Shown here piece after piece: positions 28,299 through 37,381 of a DNA stretch of 64,000 nucleotides (position 1 is its first letter; the number at the start of each line of letters is the position of its first letter). The notes under the pieces are model-generated. The model did no database searches. It was not told the DNA's origin and worked only from the letters and a program-made list of their open reading frames with translations. The translations under genes and the position numbers were made by a program. Source of the stretch: Candidatus Cloacimonadales bacterium (GTDB lineage Bacteria > Cloacimonadota > Cloacimonadia > Cloacimonadales > JAFGVF01). The stretch spans positions 576,001 through 640,000 of the forward strand of contig CAXXOU010000004.1 in NCBI GenBank assembly GCA_963677495.2. Reading direction: 5' to 3'.

Positions 28299-29405
28299 AT
28301 GATTCTTAAATTCGACACCGAACAGAAAGAGATACGCAAGATTATCCATGTGGACATGGATATGTTTTTTGCTGCAATTGAGATTAGGGATAATCCATCG
28401 TTGGCTGATAAGCCTGTGATTGTTGGAGGACCACCTAATAGTAGGGGAGTTGTCTCAACTTGTAACTATATTGCAAGACGGTTTGGAGTACATTCTGCAA
28501 TGCCAAGTTTTCAGGCTGTGAAACTGTGTCCTCATGCTGTTTTTGTTCGAGGACGTTTCGATGCATATCGTGAAGCTTCAAAGCAGATTATGGAAATATT
28601 CTACAACTATACCGACATGGTTCAACCAGTCTCAATTGATGAAGCATATCTGGATGTAACAAAGAATAAAAAGGATATCCCTTCAGCTACTTGGATAGCC
28701 GAGAAAATACGCAAGGATATTGTAGATACAGTTCGTGTTACAGCGTCAGCCGGCGTGTCGTATAATAAGTTTTTAGCTAAGATAGCATCTGAGATGAATA
28801 AACCTGATGGTATGTTCGTAATCCCTCCCGATAAAGCACAGGAAGTGCTTGATAATCTTCCGATTGGTAAGTTTCATGGTATTGGTAAATCAACTGAGAC
28901 TAAAATGCGTTATCTCGGTATCAAAACTGGTGCAGATTTAAAGAAACTCAATATACATCAAATGGTACAACACTTCGGGAAAGTAGGTGTTTTCTACTAC
29001 AATATAGTTAGGGGAATTGATAAACGTATTGTGCATAATGACCATGTCCGTAAATCCATCAGCACTGAACGTACGTTTAGTAAAGATATATCTGAGCTAC
29101 CAGATATTATGATGGCTCTTGAACAGACTGCTAACCGTTTAGCAGATAGGATGGAAGCAAAAGATATTAAGGGTAAGACTATATCCATTAAAGTGAAGTA
29201 TAACGACTTCACTCTTATCAACAGATCTGCCACTGTGAAGAAATACACAAATAGTAGAGACAAGATTTTTCGCATTGCAAGAAAGCTCTTCAACGATTCA
29301 TGGGCTGCTGGGCGTAAAATCAGACTCATAGGTATATGCGTATCTACTCTTGATACTGATGAAACTGCAGGTGAACAACTGATTTTGCCTTTCTATGAAA
29401 TCTAG
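28299..29405 (+). CDS. dinB: DNA polymerase IV
   Basis: IIHVDMDMFFA, STCNYIAR.FGV, SIDEAYLD, NKFLAK..S..NKPDG. Start moved to ATG 28299 because the longer ORF overlaps the divergent gene. Confidence 0.95.
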   Translation: MILKFDTEQKEIRKIIHVDMDMFFAAIEIRDNPSLADKPVIVGGPPNSRGVVSTCNYIARRFGVHSAMPSFQAVKLCPHAVFVRGRFDAYREASKQIMEIFYNYTDMVQPVSIDEAYLDVTKNKKDIPSATWIAEKIRKDIVDTVRVTASAGVSYNKFLAKIASEMNKPDGMFVIPPDKAQEVLDNLPIGKFHGIGKSTETKMRYLGIKTGADLKKLNIHQMVQHFGKVGVFYYNIVRGIDKRIVHNDHVRKSISTERTFSKDISELPDIMMALEQTANRLADRMEAKDIKGKTISIKVKYNDFTLINRSATVKKYTNSRDKIFRIARKLFNDSWAAGRKIRLIGICVSTLDTDETAGEQLILPFYEI

Positions 29406-29577
29406 AAGTGAGGGTGCTAAAAGATAATATTCATCCTACTGGAAGCGGTTCATAATCCTACATTTTGCACTTATACTGACTGTTCTCGCTTTCAATATTA
29501 AACTAATTTTGAAAAAGCTTGACCACTGTAGAGCGAATTTATTTTATCTAAATTGCTAAACAACACAGGAGCAAAAA

Positions 29578-30909
29578 ATGTCTGATATTTCACAAAGAAA
29601 ATTACCTTATGATATAAATGCAGAAGCAGCCGTACTTTCGGCCATGATGATAGACCAAGCCACCCTTTCAGAAGGTGTCACAGACCTGAAACCGGAATTC
29701 TTCTACCGTACAGCTCATAGAATGATATATGCTACAATGATTGAACTGTATGAAGAGAACATCGAAGCTGACCCTATCACAATAATCAACAGATTAAAAA
29801 GAAAAGAGATACTTGATAAAGTCGGTGGGGCAGAATATATTAATGAGATATCAGATGTTGTATTATCTAGTGCAAACTATAGATTTCATGCTAGGATTGT
29901 TGAAGATCAATCACTTCTCAGAATGCTCATCACATCTTGCACTACGATTATTGAAACAGCCAGGAGCTCTGACCTTTCACCTAAAGAGGTAGTGGATAAA
30001 GCTGAACAGCTTATATTTGAAGTAGCTGAAAGACCCGGAACTCAGATATTTAGGTCAATTGCTGATGTTATTGATCCTACTCTTACCCATATTGAACAAG
30101 TAAATCAATCACATACACAAACTGATGGTGTTTCGACCGGCTGGCCTGACCTAGATAAGGTTACCGGTGGATTCAGACCCGGTCAGTTCATTGTTGTTGC
30201 TGCACGTCCAGCTATGGGTAAATCATCATTTGCTCTTAACTTAGCCTTAAACGCGTCTATATTCAGTAACAAGAAAGTAGCCATCTTTACAATGGAGATG
30301 GGAGCTGATGAGGTTGTTATGAGAATGCTTAGTTCCATGACAGAGGTGAAAATGGAATCTATGATTAAAGGTTATGGACTAACTGAACAGAAGATGACTA
30401 GAATCACAAATGTCGCTAAAGAGTTCTCTACTAAAGAGATTTTTATAGATGACACAGGAACAAACACAGCTTTGGATGTTCGTGCTAAAACCAGAAGACT
30501 TAAAGCTGAGATTGGTGGATTAGACCTTATTGTAATTGACTATTTACAGTTGATGTCCTCGGCAAACAATAGGGACAACAGGCAGCAAGAGATTTCAGAG
30601 ATATCTCGTGCTATGAAGGTCCTGGCAAAAGAGCTTGAACTTCCTGTAATTGCTCTATCACAGCTAAATCGTGGATTGGAATCACGTCCGGATAAACGAC
30701 CTATGCTCTCTGACCTTAGAGAATCAGGAGCGATTGAGCAGGATGCTGATATGGTTATGTTTATCTATCGTGATGACTATTATAACAAAGAGTCTGATGA
30801 ACCTAATGTCGCTGAAATTATCGTTGGAAAGAACCGTCATGGTTCAACAAATACAGTTAAGTTAAGATGGGAACGCGAGTACACCTGCTTCAAGAATCTG
30901 GAACAATAA
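29578..30909 (+). CDS. dnaB: Replicative DNA helicase
   Basis: AARPAMGKS, IDYLQL, LSQLNR, DLRESGAIEQDAD, KNRHG. Confidence 0.97.
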   Translation: MSDISQRKLPYDINAEAAVLSAMMIDQATLSEGVTDLKPEFFYRTAHRMIYATMIELYEENIEADPITIINRLKRKEILDKVGGAEYINEISDVVLSSANYRFHARIVEDQSLLRMLITSCTTIIETARSSDLSPKEVVDKAEQLIFEVAERPGTQIFRSIADVIDPTLTHIEQVNQSHTQTDGVSTGWPDLDKVTGGFRPGQFIVVAARPAMGKSSFALNLALNASIFSNKKVAIFTMEMGADEVVMRMLSSMTEVKMESMIKGYGLTEQKMTRITNVAKEFSTKEIFIDDTGTNTALDVRAKTRRLKAEIGGLDLIVIDYLQLMSSANNRDNRQQEISEISRAMKVLAKELELPVIALSQLNRGLESRPDKRPMLSDLRESGAIEQDADMVMFIYRDDYYNKESDEPNVAEIIVGKNRHGSTNTVKLRWEREYTCFKNLEQ

Positions 30910-30910
30910 T

Positions 30911-31657
30911 ATGTTATCTCTCTTTGTTAGTTTAGGACAATACACAATCTTTACAGGGAAGTGTCTTCGCTTTATTCCTAATATCCCTAAACGTCTGTTT
31001 GAGATTGTGAAACAGATGAAAAGGATAGGTGTTGACTCTCTTTTCTTAATTGCCATCACATCAGGTTTCACCGGTTTGGTTACTGCATTACAAGCAATCT
31101 ATCAAACCAAAGGTTTTATACCAATGGACTATATTGGCGTAATGGTTGGTAAGTCCACAATGACAGAACTTGCTCCTGTTCTCACTGCTCTGGTTCTTAC
31201 CGGAAAGGTGGGTGCATCACTAACAGCAGAAATAGGTACAATGAAAGTAACAGAACAGGTCGATGCATTGAAAGCTCTTGCTGTAGAACCACATGATTAC
31301 CTTTATATGCCACGTATAGTTGCAGGTTTAATCATGGTGCCTATGCTAACAGTGATTGCAAATCTACTGGGAATAGTCTCTGCCTATGTTTTCTCAATCT
31401 ACCAATACAAAATAAACTTTCATACATTCTTTACAAACATGCAAAACTACTTCGAACCATTCGACCTTTGGAGTGGTCTGATTAAGTCATTAGTTTTTGG
31501 TTTTATTATCACATCAGTGGCTTGTTTTTGTGGTAGTCTAACTGAAGGTGGGGCAGAAGGAGTAGGAAAAATGACTACAACCTCTGTTGTTTATTCATCA
31601 ATCCTAATCTTAATCTTTGACTTTGTTGTTGCATGGTTCCTGTTTGGAGTAAGTTAA
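30911..31657 (+). CDS. mlaE: MlaE-family ABC transporter permease
   Basis: ELAPVLTAL...G...AEIGTMKVTEQVDAL and GGAEGVG. Confidence 0.9.
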   Translation: MLSLFVSLGQYTIFTGKCLRFIPNIPKRLFEIVKQMKRIGVDSLFLIAITSGFTGLVTALQAIYQTKGFIPMDYIGVMVGKSTMTELAPVLTALVLTGKVGASLTAEIGTMKVTEQVDALKALAVEPHDYLYMPRIVAGLIMVPMLTVIANLLGIVSAYVFSIYQYKINFHTFFTNMQNYFEPFDLWSGLIKSLVFGFIITSVACFCGSLTEGGAEGVGKMTTTSVVYSSILILIFDFVVAWFLFGVS

Positions 31658-31679
31658 TTCAATTAGTAATGGAGTATAA

Positions 31680-32135
31680 ATGTCTTTTAAAGTAGTACTA
31701 TATCAACCTGAAATTCCTGCTAATACAGGCAACATAGGTCGTTTATGTGTTGGCTCAGGAGCTGAATTACATATTATTAAACCAATGAGATTCATTCTAA
31801 GTGATAAACATCTGAAACGTGCCGGACTTGACTATTGGGATAAGCTTACACTAGTCATACATGATTCCTATGAAGATTTCATTGCCAAGTATCCTGACAC
31901 CAATATCTACTATTGCACTACAAAAACAGATAAGCTATACACAGATATTGAGTTTAAGGATGGAGATGCCCTTATCTTTGGCCCTGAATCTCGTGGGATT
32001 CCGGAAGATATTCTCTTTGCCCATAAAGAGATGAATATTACAATCCCAATGACAGACAACATCCGTTCAATAAATCTAGCCAACAGCGTTGGTATTATTC
32101 TCTACGAAGCTTGGAGACAGGTAGGATTTAAGTAG
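31680..32135 (+). CDS. trmL: tRNA (cytidine/uridine(34)-2'-O)-methyltransferase
   Basis: PEIPANTGNI, KRAGLDYW, FGPESRG, RSINLAN. Confidence 0.93.
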   Translation: MSFKVVLYQPEIPANTGNIGRLCVGSGAELHIIKPMRFILSDKHLKRAGLDYWDKLTLVIHDSYEDFIAKYPDTNIYYCTTKTDKLYTDIEFKDGDALIFGPESRGIPEDILFAHKEMNITIPMTDNIRSINLANSVGIILYEAWRQVGFK

Positions 32136-32270
32136 TTCTCAATAGTTCCCTTTTTTAACCTGTATGGGTAATTTATCGATCAATAGCTTATGCTCTAGCT
32201 ACAGCCATTGTAAAGACTGAAGGTGTTCCTTCTAAACGAGCTTTCCCCATAGCCGAATTGAGCCTACTGC

Positions 32271-32426
32271 TTCCCTTCCAGTCCCGTGCCTACGACAAGT
32301 TTTCCATAAATCTTTAAGTTATCCACATGATGTGGATAAATCGAGCCTTTCAACGAGAGGGTCACGAGAGGGTCACCTGTGGGAGACCTATGAAACACCT
32401 TTCTTAGTCACGGGACCGGAAGGGAT
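32271..32426. repeat. Inverted-repeat-bounded element with an 11-bp-phased AC[GC] array (type D)
   Basis: IR TTCCCTTCCAGTCCCGTG (32271-32288) and CACGGGACCGGAAGGGAT (32409-32426). ACGAG/ACCT at 32353, 32364, 32375, 32386, 32397. Confidence 0.65.
32319..32339. promoter_or_regulatory. Pair of perfect DnaA boxes in inverted orientation
   Basis: TTATCCACA-TGA-TGTGGATAA. Confidence 0.6.
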
Positions 32427-32519
32427 GATGAAGGGCAAATTTGAGTGCAAATTTGAGAAAATTGTTAGTGGAGAATTGTTAGCTGGAGTCAAAGCGACCG
32501 AATGGGAGTTGGACTCATA

Positions 32520-32720
32520 GCGAAATATGGCAATATTCTACCTTTCGAATGTACTGTAGACCTTCGAAATGGTGCTCTTGTAAATTCTCCTCTAAGAGGA
32601 GTGTTTCTCTTTATGAAATGGGGTTCTCGTAATATATCGTCTACTCCCTCAAATTGAACTATTCGCAAGGTCTGCGACCATTTTTGAAGGTATGGGTTTC
32701 GTGACAAGACGCACCTACAT
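32520..32720. repeat. REP-like modules including a GTAG-type REP
   Basis: Inverted copies of the ACCATT..GAAGGT module shared with 8326-8362 and about 36530-36565. The reverse strand reads GTAGGTGCGTCTTGTCACGAAACC at 32695-32718. Confidence 0.6.
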
Positions 32721-32738
32721 AGTTGGTGCACTCCATAG

Positions 32739-32763
32739 AAAAAGCCTGCATGTAGCAGGCTTT
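32739..32763 (-). terminator. Terminator of satP
   Basis: AAAAAGCCTGC-ATGTA-GCAGGCTTT. Confidence 0.7.
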
Positions 32764-32783
32764 AAACATATAAAACTAATAAC

Positions 32784-33347
32784 CTATTTAATCCAAGGTT
32801 TTCCCATTGGCATAACAGTTTTACCAGCCAAGTCATTTGTGATAGTTGCAATCATCATATACATAGCTAGACCGGAGCAAACCATAAGTTCATAACCTGC
32901 TACTACATTCCATATTGGGTTTCCAAAGTGTCCGAGAACAAGAAGAAGGAAACCAATGAAAAGTGTGAGGAATGTCAGAGCCATAGCTGTGTGAACTCTC
33001 CAAGAAGCTGTCCACATGATGAATGTATAGATCATCCATGCGAAAAGGTACCAGCCGACATCAGTAGTTGAAGATTCATAGATTCCGAAATGCTTCATAA
33101 GGAAGATGAGCCCAAGCCCAATCCAGAAACTTCCATAAGATACGAAAGCACTATAGCCGAAGTTGTTTCCCATTTTCTGTTCCTGGAAGCCAGCAATCAT
33201 TTGTGCTAAACCACCGAAGAAAAGTCCAAGTACTACTACTGGACCGATTCCACACCAACCCACATTATGAAACTGTAAAACCAACGTTGTTATTGAGAAT
33301 CCGGCGAGACCAACAACAGCCGGATTTGCATTCTTTCTTTCACTCAT
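32784..33347 (-). CDS. satP: Acetate/succinate uptake transporter, GPR1/FUN34/YaaH family
   Basis: ANPAVVGLAGF, GGLAQ..AG, SYGSFW. Confidence 0.9.
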   Translation of the reverse strand: MSERKNANPAVVGLAGFSITTLVLQFHNVGWCGIGPVVVLGLFFGGLAQMIAGFQEQKMGNNFGYSAFVSYGSFWIGLGLIFLMKHFGIYESSTTDVGWYLFAWMIYTFIMWTASWRVHTAMALTFLTLFIGFLLLVLGHFGNPIWNVVAGYELMVCSGLAMYMMIATITNDLAGKTVMPMGKPWIK

Positions 33348-33561
33348 TCTATTACTCCTAAGTATATTAAATATTTAACTTGATTATGTAGTGAGGTTTA
33401 GGGACTTTCAGCAAGCAATTCTGTCAATTATAATCTCATCCTTTTTGTGTAGGGGTTGTTAAGGTAAATTCAAATTGACATAAACACCACCTCAGATATG
33501 TTGTTTTTCTCTATTAATGTGATTATAAATTTATAAATAAATATACGGGAGTGTGATAAGG

Positions 33562-34935
33562 ATGTGCGGAATACTCGGCATTTTTAATCATGATAAAGCA
33601 GCTGAATTAGCAGCTTTAGGAATGTTTGCAGAACAGCATCGTGGCCAAGAAAGCTGCGGTATGGCAGTGACAGATGGAAAAGGTTTCAAACTTAGAAAGA
33701 TGATGGGACTTGTTAAACAGGTTTTCCCACCGGAAGTATTAGCTGAACTACCTGGCAAGATTGCCGTTGGACATGTTAGATACCCTACTAAAGGCTCTGC
33801 AACTGCTTACAATTCACAACCGCACATTGTTGCGACTCTTTCAGGACCAGGATACTCTCTTGCTAGTAACGGTGATATAACAAACTATCGTTCTATTAGA
33901 CAAGAGCTTGAGAATAAAGGTGTTTATTTCAATAGTGAGAATGATGGAGAACTAATTCTTAAGTACATTATCTATGCTGTTGAGAAAGAACATCTCGCTA
34001 TTCCGGATGCAATCAAGAAGTTTATGGCAAATGTACAAGGTGCCTATTCTACTGTGCTTGCTACAAATAAAACAATGTATATGTTCCGTGACCCACATGC
34101 TATCAGACCTATGGTTTGGGGTAAAAGAGATGATGGAACTGTTGTAGTAGCTTCAGAAAGCTGTGCTTTAGATATACTTTGTGTTGATGACAGACAGGAG
34201 ATGAAACCGGGTGGTATCATCAAAGTAACATTCGACGGGATTGAAGTTATTGAGAATAACCCACAAGACTATCGTGTTAGTGAAGATGATAAGCATTGTA
34301 TCTTTGAACATATCTATTTCTCACGTCCTGATAGTCATCACTTTGGTGAAGACGTTTATGAAATCAGAGAAAGAATCGGTGCTAAGATGGCTCAATCAGA
34401 TGCTGATTTAAATCCTGATTGCGTTGTTCCTGTTCCCGACTCCTCAAACTTCATGGCTACCGGTTATGCAAAAGAGAAAGGTATTGAGTTTAACTTTGGC
34501 TTAATCAGAAACCATTATGTTGGAAGAACTTTCATTAAACCTGAACAGACAATTAGAGATGAAAGCGTTAGTCAGAAGTTCAACACACTTCCTAACTACT
34601 TTAAAGATAAGAAAGTGATTCTAGTGGATGACTCGATTGTGCGTGGTACTACTATCCGCAAGATTGTGACTATGCTTAGAAGAGCCGGAGCAAAAGAGAT
34701 TCATCTTAGAATCGGCTCACCACAGGTTAAGAACTCATGCTTCTACGGCATCGACACACCAACAAGTGAAGAGCTTATTGCTAATAGAAAGAGTCTTGAA
34801 GAGATCACTAAGCACTGTGGTGCTGATAGCTTGAAGCATATCCCAATTGAAGATTTAAGAGAATGTGTTACAGGACCAAACAACTATTGTTATGCCTGTT
34901 TCAATGGAGCCTATCCAATACCGATTGAGGACTAA
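33562..34935 (+). CDS. purF: Amidophosphoribosyltransferase
   Basis: MCGI N-terminal nucleophile, QHRGQE, GHVRY, CIFEHIYFSRPDS, VDDSIVRGTT, and the Fe-S Cys motif CYACF. Confidence 0.96.
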   Translation: MCGILGIFNHDKAAELAALGMFAEQHRGQESCGMAVTDGKGFKLRKMMGLVKQVFPPEVLAELPGKIAVGHVRYPTKGSATAYNSQPHIVATLSGPGYSLASNGDITNYRSIRQELENKGVYFNSENDGELILKYIIYAVEKEHLAIPDAIKKFMANVQGAYSTVLATNKTMYMFRDPHAIRPMVWGKRDDGTVVVASESCALDILCVDDRQEMKPGGIIKVTFDGIEVIENNPQDYRVSEDDKHCIFEHIYFSRPDSHHFGEDVYEIRERIGAKMAQSDADLNPDCVVPVPDSSNFMATGYAKEKGIEFNFGLIRNHYVGRTFIKPEQTIRDESVSQKFNTLPNYFKDKKVILVDDSIVRGTTIRKIVTMLRRAGAKEIHLRIGSPQVKNSCFYGIDTPTSEELIANRKSLEEITKHCGADSLKHIPIEDLRECVTGPNNYCYACFNGAYPIPIED

Positions 34936-34936
34936 T

Positions 34937-35923
34937 ATGAACAAAGTGAACTTGGAAAATACACTTCAAAACATGACCGGTAAACGTATTATCGTTGTAG
35001 GTGATGTTATGATTGATCATTATATTCATGGTAAAGTTAATCGAATCTCCCCGGAAGCACCGGTACCACTTCTTGATATGAAGAATGAAGAATATCGTTT
35101 AGGTGGAGCTGCTAATGTTGCTCTGAATATCAAGACTATGGGGAGTACACCTATCCTTATTGGTGTTTATGGAGAAGATGATGGTCAAATTATCATGAAT
35201 GATCTGTTAAACGCTGAAGATATCTGTTCAGGATACTTGGTTATTGATGAACAGCGTATGACAACGCTTAAGACAAGAATCGTTGCAGGCCAACAGCAGA
35301 TTGTTAGGATTGATAGAGAGCAGAGAAACGATATCAATACTGAAGTCGAATATAAAGTGATTTCCAAGTTCCAAGAGTGCATTACAGATTGTGATGCAGT
35401 TATCATAGAAGATTATAACAAGGGTTTATTGACTGAAAGCGTTATTAAAGCTGTTTTAGAGATAGCTAAGGAGAATAACAAGCCTGTCACTGTTGACCCT
35501 AAGTATAAAAACTTCTTTCTTTATAAAGATGCTACAGTTTTCAAACCAAACCTGGTTGAACTAAAAAATAATATGAACCTCACTGCGGGAACTGATGATG
35601 AGTTCCTGCAGGCCGGTTCTGAATTGCGAGAAAGACTAAACGCTGAGAATGTTATGGTTACTCGGGGAGAAAAAGGGCTCACTGTCTTTAAATCTGATAG
35701 CAGTACACACTCTATTCCCTCATATGCTAGAGATGTTTTTGATGTCTCCGGTGCCGGTGATACTGTTATTAGTTCATTGACCTTAGCGCTTGCAGGTGGT
35801 GCTACTATTGAGGTAGCTGCTGAGATAGCAAATTATGCTGCCGGTGTTGTTTGTGGTAAAATCGGAACTTCTTCTACTAAACCTTCTGAGATTCTGGAGT
35901 ATATAAGACGCTATGAACATTAA
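34937..35923 (+). CDS. hldA: D-glycero-beta-D-manno-heptose-7-phosphate kinase (RfaE domain I)
   Basis: GDVMID, RISPEAPVP, GGAANVA, DYNKG, DVSGAGDT. GAGG RBS before ATG 34937. Confidence 0.92.
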   Translation: MNKVNLENTLQNMTGKRIIVVGDVMIDHYIHGKVNRISPEAPVPLLDMKNEEYRLGGAANVALNIKTMGSTPILIGVYGEDDGQIIMNDLLNAEDICSGYLVIDEQRMTTLKTRIVAGQQQIVRIDREQRNDINTEVEYKVISKFQECITDCDAVIIEDYNKGLLTESVIKAVLEIAKENNKPVTVDPKYKNFFLYKDATVFKPNLVELKNNMNLTAGTDDEFLQAGSELRERLNAENVMVTRGEKGLTVFKSDSSTHSIPSYARDVFDVSGAGDTVISSLTLALAGGATIEVAAEIANYAAGVVCGKIGTSSTKPSEILEYIRRYEH

Positions 35924-36389
35924 TCAGAAGATAATTCGCTTCAACGACATTGCTGAAGTCATTAGCAAAGAGAAAGAAGCAGGCAAGAAAGTTGTTTTTA
36001 CGAACGGTTGCTTTGATATTCTTCATAGAGGGCATGTTGCTTATCTGAATCAAGCTAGCGAGTTAGCAGATATTTTGGTAATAGGTTTAAACAGTGATGC
36101 GTCAGTAAAGCGTTTGAAAGGTGAGGAGCGACCAATCAATACAGAAATGGATAGAGCTTTCTTGCTCTCTGCAATGGGGTTTGTTAGTTATGTTGTTATA
36201 TTTGAAGAGGACACTCCTTTCAATCTTATTAAGCAGGTCATGCCTGACATCCTTGTTAAAGGTGGAGACTGGAAACCTGAGCAGATTGTAGGTTCAGATA
36301 TTGTCCTTGCAAATGGTGGAGAAGTGAAAAGCCTGCGTTTTGAAACAGGCTATTCATCAACAAATATTATTGATAAGATTAGGGATTAG
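35913..36389 (+). CDS. hldC: D-glycero-beta-D-manno-heptose 1-phosphate adenylyltransferase (RfaE domain II)
   Basis: FTNGCFDILHRGH, GLNSDASV.RLKG, KGGDW. Confidence 0.93.
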   Translation: MNINQKIIRFNDIAEVISKEKEAGKKVVFTNGCFDILHRGHVAYLNQASELADILVIGLNSDASVKRLKGEERPINTEMDRAFLLSAMGFVSYVVIFEEDTPFNLIKQVMPDILVKGGDWKPEQIVGSDIVLANGGEVKSLRFETGYSSTNIIDKIRD

Positions 36390-36469
36390 ACATTTAGGGC
36401 TTTACTTATTTTTTGATAGCCACTGAAAGCATTTATCTGTACGTCGAACACGTAGGATATGTTGAGCTA

Positions 36470-37245
36470 GCTATTTCCCTTTCGTAGAGGGGTGCCGTTT
36501 TAACAGTGAGGTGTTTATTCCTTCGAGGTCACCATTTGCAAGGTTTTCAACCATTCCAAAGGTACATATTATAGTGCTTCAACGGAGTTCTTCAGACTGA
36601 TAAGAACTTAAATCCTATGAACAGTTCCAGCTCTAAAGGAGCGATAGTTTAATAGCTCCATGTGACAACTTGACGCTTTGGGTTAAAGCCCTCAGACATT
36701 GTTTTAGCCCTGAATGGGCGTAAGAGTTCTAAAGTTTCAATCTTTCGCCCCTATAGGGTTGCAATCTTCTTTTATTACATTACCACATGCCCAAGCATGT
36801 GGCTATTGAACAGACGCCTCTTCAAGGCAAAAGAACGCTCTTCGAGCTTTGGGCAGGCAAGTTGCATGCCTTAAGTAGGACATGTTGCCAGCCTGTCCGC
36901 TTAGCACAGCTAAGCTTTTCCACTGACGTCAATTAGTATGAATTACTAAAGCTCTTTAGTATTTCCCGATAGGGAAACATAATATTAGCCATGGGGCCAC
37001 GAACCATGGACATGAAACAATAAATCCTCAATCCGATTAGGATTGCACTAATCCAATTTCCAAACAGTGGTATAATACGATCCATGTAGGATTGAAACAA
37101 TAAAATATCCAGCCCATGGGTCGGTTGCCCCATGGCTAGCATTATGCTTTCCTTCGGAAAGAGATTACAACTATATAGCTCCTTTGGACGAGAGCTACGT
37201 TTATCGTCCTTGCCCCACACTAACGTTGCGGTGCAAGTCCGAGGG
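36470..37245. repeat. Cluster of REP/REPIN-like palindromes
   Basis: GCTCTAAAGGAGC..TTTAATAGC module shared with 8382-8410. GTAGGACATGTTGCCAGCCTGTCC at 36875-36898. Long IR CATAATATTAGCCATGGGG (36978-36996) and CCCCATGGCTAGCATTATG (37128-37146). GTTGCGGTGCAAGTCCGAG shared with 11354-11372. Confidence 0.7.
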
Positions 37246-37381
37246 TTGTAGTTAAGAAATTGTTACAAAATCAAAGATATTCATTGACAAACGGCTGTGA
37301 TTTCATAAGTTCTAAATCTCTTTTTTAGAAAATTGAGATTTTGTGATTATAGATGTAAAAAACATTGAATCAGGAGGAATA

